A DNA stretch of 30,991 nt, taken from positions 1 through 30,991 of the IMG/VR virus record IMGVR_UViG_3300045988_126185; one strand, 5' to 3'. A program made the translations under genes and the position numbers. The notes under the pieces were generated by a model that searched no databases, had not been told where the DNA came from, and worked only from the letters and a program-made list of their open reading frames with translations. Shown here piece by piece: positions 23,803-30,991 of the stretch; positions within the stretch are counted from its first letter, which is position 1, and every line of letters starts with the position of its first letter. This DNA comes from a virus.

Positions 23803-24118
23803 AAAATTAATGTCTGCTTAATTAGTGATAATTAAGTAAGTGTATGTGAACCTTATCAAGGGTGTGAGATTAAAATATAAGTAGGAAATGACTTGTTGAG
23901 ATAATCTTGCTAACTGGGGAAGCCTAAGTCTAAAAGATATGGTTATCCAGTGCCAAGCCTATAAATAGGAAGGTCAAACGACTATGAGTTCGTTACTCAG
24001 TACATTTACTATTGATACGTAAATGGAAGTGCATACTATCTCAAATGTGAGATAAAGATATAGTCTAATCCCACTTTTAAATAAGTGTTAAAGTACTAGG
24101 AAACTAGGGGTATAAATG
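23803..24118 (+). ncRNA. Group I self-splicing intron (no ORF) interrupting the tape-measure gene.
   Basis: Exon junction restores the conserved ...QNYT-M-LDNLKLGYGG. U before the 5' splice site; terminal G (omega-G). Internal group I R-like (ACGACUAUGA) and S-like (AAGAUAUAGUCU) elements that can form P7. P/Q-like CUGGGGAAGCC / AUCCAGUGCC. The 5' boundary is ambiguous by 9 nt (23803 or 23812). Confidence 0.7.
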
Positions 24119-25991
24119 GTTAGATAATTTGAAGCTTGGATATGGTGGTACAAAAGAAGAGATGGCAAGGCTTATAAAAGACGCTTCTAAAATGACCGAT
24201 GTACAAAAAGAATTAAATGTATCGGTTAAAGATGGAGATATGTCATTTGGTAATATAGTTAATGCTATTTCCGTAATGCAAAAGAAAATGGGTATAGCAG
24301 GAACAACTACAAAAGAAGCTTCCGAAACAATAAGCGGGTCTATCAATAGTGCTAAAGCAAGTTTTCAAAACTTTTTAGCAGGTACTGGTTCAATAGACCA
24401 AGTTATTTCAACTTTTTCAACAGCTGGGCAAAATATAATGAAAGCTATTGTTAAGATGGCACCAGATATAATTGATGGAATAGTCACTTTAATAAATGCA
24501 ATTGTACCACAAATACCAGCACTAGTTGGAGCTTTACTACCAACTGTTATAAATGGTATTTCTTCACTTATAAGTGGCTTAGCTGGGGCTTTGCCAGAAT
24601 TATTAAAAGTATTAATGGATACATTAATAGAACAAGGACCGATAATATTACAAACATTAATGGATAGTGTTTTAGATATAGTTTATTCTCTTTCTGATAC
24701 ATTACCAACATTAATACCACAAATAGTTAAAGCCATAATGACTTTATTACCAGTATTATTGAGTAATATGCCAGCTTTTATGAAAGCAGGAATTGAATTA
24801 ATAATGGCTGTGATAAATGGATTAGTTGATAGTATTCCTATTTTAATTGATATGCTACCAGATTTAATAGAAGAATTGGTTAATGGTCTTATATCTGCAC
24901 TACCTATGCTATTAGGTGTAGGAATGGCTATAAATATAAAACTTGCACAAGCAATTATTAAAGCAGTGCCAAAATTAATAAGTTCTATACCAAAAATTAT
25001 TAATTCTTTAGTAGAAGGATTTAAAAAAGGAGTATCAAATTTTGCCTTTGTAGGTAAAAGTTTAATTGATGGATTAGGCTCAGAAATAACAACAGGTGCG
25101 TCACAATTAGGTCAAAAAATATTAACATCTGTAACAAATTTCTTTACTAAAACTATACCTTCAATATTTAATAATTTTGTTTCATTCTTAGCTAGTATTC
25201 CTGCAAAAATAGGGGAATTTGTGCAAGGAGTTATATCATTTATTGGGCAAATACCTTACTATGTAGGATATGCAATAGGGTATGTAATAGGATTTATTGC
25301 TTCTATACCTTTTAGATTATGGGAAATTTTAACTTCTGCAGTAGAAAAAGTAAAAGAGTTCGGGATTTCAATATGGACATGGATAACTGTTGATTTACCA
25401 CAAATAATACAAGGTATCATCAACTGGTTTGCACAATTACCAGGTAGAATATGGACATGGCTAACAACTACTATATCAAATTTTGCTACATGGTTAGGAA
25501 ATATGAAAACTAAAGCAGTTGAAGGAATTAAAAAAGTTGCAAATTCAATTGTAAATGGGTTCAAATCTTTACCAGATAAAATATTCAATGTAGGTAAAAA
25601 CCTTATCCGTGGATTATGGAACGGTATAGTAGGAATGAAAGATTGGATTAGTGGAAAGGTTAAAGGATTTGCTTCTGGAGTTATAAATGGATTTAAAAAA
25701 TCGTTCGGAGTTCATAGTCCGTCACGTGAGTTTGCTATAATAGGTAGATTTAATATGCTAGGATTAGAAAAAGGTATGGAAGATATGCAACCTGATTTAC
25801 AAAAATCAATAAATGGTATGTTTGATTTATCGCCTAGTTTATATGGTTCTACAAGTAATAATTTAAGTCCAAATATAAATGTAACAGTAAATAATAACAT
25901 GAAACAAGACCCACTAGGACAAATGATTAATGATGTTAAAACTTTCTCTGGTGGCTCTAAAAACGATTATAGTTATGGAATGGGAGTGTAG
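24119..25991 (+). CDS. Tape measure protein, exon 2.
   Basis: Open frame from 24108. (M)LDNLKLGYGGTKEEMARL... is the conserved TMP continuation, and the frame is contiguous with exon 1 after removing 316 nt. Confidence 0.7.
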
Positions 25992-25994
25992 TTT

Positions 25995-27488
25995 ATGATA
26001 CAAATGTATATAAATGATGAAGAAGTAGTATGCAGTAAGGAATTTACTATAAGTGAAGAAATGCTTGTTACTTCTTCTACCGTTCTTAACAATTGTTATC
26101 CTAAAAGTTGGGAAGAAAATCAAGATTATGTAAATAACTTTTATTATCCTGAAGATTATTCAAAATTAAAGATATTAAAAGATAATGTGCTTATATTTTG
26201 TGGTGTTGTTAAAAATACTGGGGAAATTAGTTTAAACCCTAGATATCCACATTTTTGTAGTTTACAGATATTAGATTTTAAAACATTTTTATCAGAGGGA
26301 GAAACACTTGATTTTGTAATAGCTAATAAAACTATTGGAGAAGCTATTGAAATGATAGTGAATGCTGTTAGTGATTATGGCTTTGTATTAGGTAATATTA
26401 ATATTTATGGAATAGACGACATTATAGGTGCCTATTCTACACAAAATAAAACAGCTTATGATGTCTTTCAATATATAGCAGACATTACACAAAGTAAATG
26501 GACTACAAGAATGGTTGACGAAAATACCGTTGCAATAGACTTTTACGACCCTACTTTATTACCTAGAGCAAACAATATAAAATATAATCTACAATATTTT
26601 GAAGAAAATAATATAAAGGATTTATCTTTTAGCTATGGAACTAGAGATTATAGAAACAAACAGGTAATGCTTTCAAATGAAGTATATGCGTCAATAGATT
26701 ATACCGATAATATAATAGCCGATGGATATACAAGAACTTTTACAGCACAAGAAAAAATAGGAATAATAAAAAGTATAAAGGTTGGTGGAGATAGTAAAAC
26801 ATTCGCCACTAATAATGATAAAGATTTAGGAGTTGACGCAAACTTTTACTATACACCTGGGGAAAAAAATGTTGATAGTAATCCCAACGACCCTATTTAT
26901 GGAACAGGATTAGAAATTACAATTGAATATACGCCAATAGTTCAAGGTAGACAAATTGTTTATGATAATGACGAAGTAACTAGAGTTAGTAATAATACTG
27001 GGAGAAAAGGTGTTATTGCTAGGTATGAAAATAGAAATGATGTATTAAGCAGTGATGAATTAAATAAAATAGGGCAAACTTATTTAAGATATAAAGGTAC
27101 GCCTGAAATAAAACTAACAGTTGTAACTAAAGATAAAGACATTTTTAATATAGGAGAGATAGCTTATTTTGAAGCACCTATACAAGAATTGCAAGCCGAT
27201 TATATGGTTAAAAAGAAAGAAACACAAATAATAACTACAGCAGGTTATAACAATATATTTTATACTTATGAATTAACATCTAATTTTAATAGTGAAAATG
27301 CTGTAAACTGGTTTGATAATCAAAGAAATAAAGCTACTGGTAATATAGGACAAGGAGAATATATAGCCCGTAATATAGATATAGAAAATACGGCTAATAT
27401 CATTTTTAAAAATTTAGTTGTTACTGAAGTAGAAACACAAGGAGATAATATATTGAATTGCGTAATAGAAAGTCCATTTAATAATTAG
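25995..27488 (+). CDS. Distal tail protein (Dit) candidate.
   Basis: Position immediately after the TMP; 497 aa. Confidence 0.45.
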   Translation: MIQMYINDEEVVCSKEFTISEEMLVTSSTVLNNCYPKSWEENQDYVNNFYYPEDYSKLKILKDNVLIFCGVVKNTGEISLNPRYPHFCSLQILDFKTFLSEGETLDFVIANKTIGEAIEMIVNAVSDYGFVLGNINIYGIDDIIGAYSTQNKTAYDVFQYIADITQSKWTTRMVDENTVAIDFYDPTLLPRANNIKYNLQYFEENNIKDLSFSYGTRDYRNKQVMLSNEVYASIDYTDNIIADGYTRTFTAQEKIGIIKSIKVGGDSKTFATNNDKDLGVDANFYYTPGEKNVDSNPNDPIYGTGLEITIEYTPIVQGRQIVYDNDEVTRVSNNTGRKGVIARYENRNDVLSSDELNKIGQTYLRYKGTPEIKLTVVTKDKDIFNIGEIAYFEAPIQELQADYMVKKKETQIITTAGYNNIFYTYELTSNFNSENAVNWFDNQRNKATGNIGQGEYIARNIDIENTANIIFKNLVVTEVETQGDNILNCVIESPFNN

Positions 27489-27498
27489 GAGGTAAAAT

Positions 27499-29406
27499 AT
27501 GACAAATGATTTTAAAAAAACTTTACTACAATATTTTACTGGTAATCTTGAAAAGGATACAGGTGTAACAAAAGAAATAATACAAAAAATAAGTTCTATA
27601 CCTTTAAGTGATTTTGATGGTTATTATGTTCCAAATAGCAAGCTAACAATACGTGGAATGGTAAGAGATAGTAGTAGTGGTAATGTTGTATTATATGGTG
27701 GATATGAAGATGGTAATATCTTAAAAGGTATAATAATAGTATTAAATCAAGATTTTAAACCTTTAAAAGTATTTTATAAATTTTCGAGTGGTACAGATTT
27801 AAGATATATCCATAGTATGAACCAAGATGAAAGTGGTAATTATTATTACATAGATAGTAATACCTTAGGGAGTACAACAGCCGAAAGAAGATTAGTTTTA
27901 GTAAATAATGTAAGTCAAAGTAGTAGTGTAACATTAAGAAAGACTTATTCTTTTCCAAGCGGATATAATGATTTTTATTGCTATAATGTATATAAAGATG
28001 TTAATAGTGCTAATTATGTTTTCGTTGGAACTAAACCACCAGATTATGACGATTTTAAAATAATATCCGTAAAAATAGATGTTGGTACAACTAATGAATG
28101 GAAACAATGGAATTCATCGGGTGGTTGGATATTAGGAGATAGTTTTGTTAATTTTGATAGTGATGGTAATTTATTTTGCGAAACTATTATAACACGTTCA
28201 ATGAATAACGCTAGCACTCTTAATGCTGTTTCAATTTGGAAAAAAGACTATACTAGCAATGATTTTACTCTATCTAATCTAAATATACCTTTTGACTACA
28301 AACCTTACATAGATAATGACAATTATCATAATCAAAGTGTATTTATTAATAAAGATGAAGTATATTTTGTTAGTACTAATCAGTCGATATTCTTACGTGA
28401 TGTTATAGAAAATAAATATATAGAATTATATTATTATAATTTAAGCACTAATGAATACAAGAAAATATATAGTAAATTTTTAGGGGAATATGTTGAATGT
28501 GATTTAGAAGCTATTTATTTAAACAAAAATCAAAATGATGTATATATTCAATATAATGTTATTCAAGATGGAACACCGATAGCAGATTATTACTTTCAAA
28601 GATACGTTGATAGATGGTTTCCGTTAAAAATAGCTGATAAACAACCGTTTTATCATGGAACAAGATTATTATATATAAATAACACTTATAACCTAGTCAA
28701 TGCTTATATGATTAGTACTACTTTTGATAGTTTATATTGGAGCGTTTATAATATTTTAGAAATATATAATAAAAATAACTTTAACGGAGAAACTTATATA
28801 AATACAAATAGTTTAATACCAAATTCAAGTGTTTTATATAATGAAAATAATGATGTTGTATTTGCAAGAAATTTATATAATAAAACTATAAGTGAAAGAA
28901 CAACACAAGCAACTTTAGAGATACCTAACAATTATTTAAACGATGTAATGATAGCCAAACAAAATTTAATAAGTGAAACTAATTTAACAATGGTAGAAAA
29001 TCAAAATACTGTTACTAAAAATGTTTATGAAACAGTTTATTTGAATTTTATCAATACATTACAAATGATTAATAATAATAATGAAGAAAATCCAATATTA
29101 AATTCAAATGGCGCAATAAGGTTAAATAACAGTATATCTAATCTTATAGATTATGATAATTCAAAAATAGGTAAAGCAAAAATAAATTTTGAAGATGGAA
29201 CAAGCTCTATTATTCCTATAGCATTCACACAAAATGGAAATGTTATGAGAACAGAGTTTACTATAACAGTTGATAAGAACATAACTAATATTCAATTATT
29301 GAGTAATGATGAAACTACAATTTATCAAACAATAGAAACTCAATTATCAATAAATAAAACATATACAATTTCCCAAGACGTAACAGTTGAGGGAGTTCAA
29401 TTATAA
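27499..29406 (+). CDS. Tail-associated / baseplate protein (Tal) or receptor-binding protein candidate.
   Basis: Position after Dit; 635 aa, Asn/Tyr-rich beta-type composition. Confidence 0.4.
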   Translation: MTNDFKKTLLQYFTGNLEKDTGVTKEIIQKISSIPLSDFDGYYVPNSKLTIRGMVRDSSSGNVVLYGGYEDGNILKGIIIVLNQDFKPLKVFYKFSSGTDLRYIHSMNQDESGNYYYIDSNTLGSTTAERRLVLVNNVSQSSSVTLRKTYSFPSGYNDFYCYNVYKDVNSANYVFVGTKPPDYDDFKIISVKIDVGTTNEWKQWNSSGGWILGDSFVNFDSDGNLFCETIITRSMNNASTLNAVSIWKKDYTSNDFTLSNLNIPFDYKPYIDNDNYHNQSVFINKDEVYFVSTNQSIFLRDVIENKYIELYYYNLSTNEYKKIYSKFLGEYVECDLEAIYLNKNQNDVYIQYNVIQDGTPIADYYFQRYVDRWFPLKIADKQPFYHGTRLLYINNTYNLVNAYMISTTFDSLYWSVYNILEIYNKNNFNGETYINTNSLIPNSSVLYNENNDVVFARNLYNKTISERTTQATLEIPNNYLNDVMIAKQNLISETNLTMVENQNTVTKNVYETVYLNFINTLQMINNNNEENPILNSNGAIRLNNSISNLIDYDNSKIGKAKINFEDGTSSIIPIAFTQNGNVMRTEFTITVDKNITNIQLLSNDETTIYQTIETQLSINKTYTISQDVTVEGVQL

Positions 29407-29444
29407 AGGAGTGATAAAATGAAACATAAACTAATAGTTAACAT

Positions 29445-29451
29445 GGGGGGG
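29445..29451. repeat. G7 homopolymeric tract followed by a 7-bp hairpin (TGTGTTA/TAACACA) in the Tal-fibre intergenic region.
   Basis: Read directly; a poly-G run is unusual in this AT-rich genome. Confidence 0.5.
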
Positions 29452-29494
29452 TGTGTTATTTAATTAACACATTCTCCAAAAAGGAGAATGAAAT

Positions 29495-29971
29495 ATGGAT
29501 ATGATTACCTATGCCGATAAAATAGCATTGAATGAAAATCCTGAAATTCAAGAAAATAATAAAATAACAGCTGAAAATATGAATGAAATAAAAACCGTTG
29601 TAAACAATTTTATAAATGATGTTATTTCTAATAGAATACAACAAGATATTACAACAAACGGTAATCCTGTTAAATGCGGATATAAAATAGATAATAAAGA
29701 TGTGTATGTAAAGCGTTATTCAAGTCCGTTTAATGGACAAACAGCAACATTTGCTTATGGATTAGAAAATATAACTATTACAGATATTTCAGGTTATTAT
29801 GCTAATGCTAATTTCTCGTCGGTGTTCCCTTTACCATCAATAAGAACACAATTTGCAGATTATACAACTGAAATTTATATTGCTAATGGTAATGTAAATA
29901 TAAACACTGCTAATGTTGGAAGAGATGGATTTACGGCATACGTATATATATATTTTACATATAATGATTAA
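29495..29971 (+). CDS. Tail fibre / receptor-binding protein paralog 1.
   Basis: N-terminal domain MDMITYADKIALNENPEI...NMNEIKTVVN is paralogous to the next gene. Strong RBS. Confidence 0.45.
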   Translation: MDMITYADKIALNENPEIQENNKITAENMNEIKTVVNNFINDVISNRIQQDITTNGNPVKCGYKIDNKDVYVKRYSSPFNGQTATFAYGLENITITDISGYYANANFSSVFPLPSIRTQFADYTTEIYIANGNVNINTANVGRDGFTAYVYIYFTYND

Positions 29972-29987
29972 TTAAATAACAAATTTA

Positions 29988-30542
29988 ATGCAAATAACAT
30001 ATGAAGATAAAGTAGCATTGAATGAAAATACAGGAATTGCAGATATAAATAAAGTTAAAGCAGACGATATGAATATGATAAAAAGTGTTGTAAATGCTAA
30101 TCAAGAAGATGTAGGAGATATTTCAAATTTAAAAACAAAAGATATCACAAGTATAGTAAATGCTGCAAATGAAATAGAAGAGGAAAATTATTATTCTACT
30201 GAAGAAAAACAAATTGGAAAATGGATAGATAATAAACCTTTATATAGAAAAACATTTGTAATAGATGGTAATTCGTCACCACAACAACAAAGTTATCAAT
30301 TTGATTTAGCTTCATTAAACTGGGAAACAGTAACTTTAATATATGGAACTACTTATCAAGAAACAAACTCTTATTATAGAGATTTACATAATGCTTATGC
30401 TTATGATAGTACGGCAACTAATGAATATTCTGGAGCTTGGACTAGTGGTACTCTTTTACGTGTTCGTTCTCGTGGGATAGCAGTTACTAAATTCTACGTA
30501 ACTTTAGAATATACAAAAACAACTGATAGCCCTTCAAATTAA
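29988..30542 (+). CDS. Tail fibre / receptor-binding protein paralog 2.
   Basis: N-terminus MQITYEDKVALNENTGI...DMNMIKSVVN shares a domain with the upstream gene. The C-terminus is divergent. Confidence 0.45.
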   Translation: MQITYEDKVALNENTGIADINKVKADDMNMIKSVVNANQEDVGDISNLKTKDITSIVNAANEIEEENYYSTEEKQIGKWIDNKPLYRKTFVIDGNSSPQQQSYQFDLASLNWETVTLIYGTTYQETNSYYRDLHNAYAYDSTATNEYSGAWTSGTLLRVRSRGIAVTKFYVTLEYTKTTDSPSN

Positions 30543-30572
30543 AATGTCATAATGACTAGAAAGGAATAAAAA

Positions 30573-30857
30573 ATGGAAAAAGAAGAACTAAAAATATTAT
30601 ACGATACAGAAGCACGTTCAAAATCTAACACTAAAAGAATAGATGAACAAGATAAAAAAATAAATAATCTTGAAAAAACTTATTCTATTATGGAAAAAAT
30701 GGATTTTAGAATGGGAAAAGTTGAAAATGCTGTTGAAAGAATTGATACAAAATTAGAAAATAGTGAAAAGCAAAAAAGCATGAAGTGGGATAAATTAATT
30801 GATTATTTATTTTATGCAATACTTGCTTACGCTTTATTTAGATTAGGTTTAAAATAG
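30573..30857 (+). CDS. xhlA: XhlA-like lysis-associated membrane protein (haemolysin XhlA family).
   Basis: Coiled-coil N-terminus plus C-terminal TM LIDYLFYAILAYALFRLGL; position immediately upstream of holin and endolysin, as in the PBSX xhlA-xhlB-xlyA arrangement. Confidence 0.5.
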   Translation: MEKEELKILYDTEARSKSNTKRIDEQDKKINNLEKTYSIMEKMDFRMGKVENAVERIDTKLENSEKQKSMKWDKLIDYLFYAILAYALFRLGLK

Positions 30858-30867
30858 GAGGAATAAT

Positions 30868-30991
30868 ATGATAGATTTTATAAATAATAATTTAAACTTG
30901 ATATTAAGTATATTAGGAACAATTTTAACTGCTGTTGGTGGTTATATAGCTAAATTATATAAAAAGTATATAAATGATAAACAAAAAAAAC
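30868..30991 (+). CDS. Holin, 5' portion (continues at window base 120 via the terminal repeat).
   Basis: ATG at 30868 with RBS AGGAGG. Its sequence from 30873 onward is identical to window 1-119, which continues in frame to the stop at 319. Confidence 0.6.
   Translation, partial: MIDFINNNLNLILSILGTILTAVGGYIAKLYKKYINDKQKK

Noticed and set aside
23803-24118. Programmed translational bypassing (gene-60-like hop) or a split TMP made as two polypeptides, as alternatives to an intron.
   Set aside because: A 316-nt gap is far longer than known bypass elements. The insert has group I R/S core elements, U at -1 and a terminal G, and the junction restores a conserved motif exactly.
3100-29644. All minus-strand ORFs in the six-frame track (for example 3100-3282, 5124-5321, 7460-7741, 7757-8104, 9996-10310, 11609-11863, 17673-17867, 18296-18499, 21695-21877, 22138-22323, 23344-23574, 24104-24346, 25259-25588, 27755-27958, 29456-29644).
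   Set aside because: They are short, low-complexity (Ile/Leu/Phe/Ser-rich reverse translations of AT-rich coding DNA), lack RBSs, and lie antisense inside well-supported + strand genes.

Overview
This window is essentially a complete, circularly closed genome of about 30.9 kb from an AT-rich siphovirus-type phage of a Firmicutes host; the gene content suggests Clostridium or a relative. Bases 1-119 are identical to 30873-30991. This terminal assembly overlap splits the holin gene across the window ends. Every credible gene is on the + strand. In order, the modules are: (1) a lysis cassette, with an XhlA-like protein and the holin start at the 3' end and the holin remainder plus an Amidase_2 endolysin at the 5' end; (2) an early block of small ORFans behind a perfect TTGACA-17-TATAAT promoter, including a tail-less SSB-like OB-fold protein and a membrane-anchored 3D-domain protein; (3) replication, with a replisome organizer (N-terminal wHTH plus DnaD-like C-terminus) carrying four C-rich ~21-bp iterons and an AT-rich tract inside the gene; (4) a recombination module of an ERF-family annealase, a PD-(D/E)XK nuclease, a canonical SSB and a NinB/Orf mediator, behind a second consensus promoter whose leader has mutually exclusive hairpins, one of them a terminator; (5) a candidate DNA hypermodification module of a ParB-like nuclease-domain protein, a TGT-like DpdA and a YhhQ-family preQ0/preQ1 transporter, with an apparent preQ1-I riboswitch upstream of the transporter and a non-canonical start codon; (6) packaging and morphogenesis, with a DUF1064 protein, a ~380-nt GC-richer structured non-coding region, TerL, a degenerate HNH homing-endonuclease remnant, portal, MuF-like protein, scaffold, major capsid with a C-terminal Ig-like domain, neck proteins, major tail protein, a tape-measure gene interrupted by an ORF-less group I intron, Dit, Tal and two paralogous fibre genes. 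No integrase, CI/Cro-like switch, tRNA or CRISPR array is evident. The minus strand has only short low-complexity spurious ORFs.
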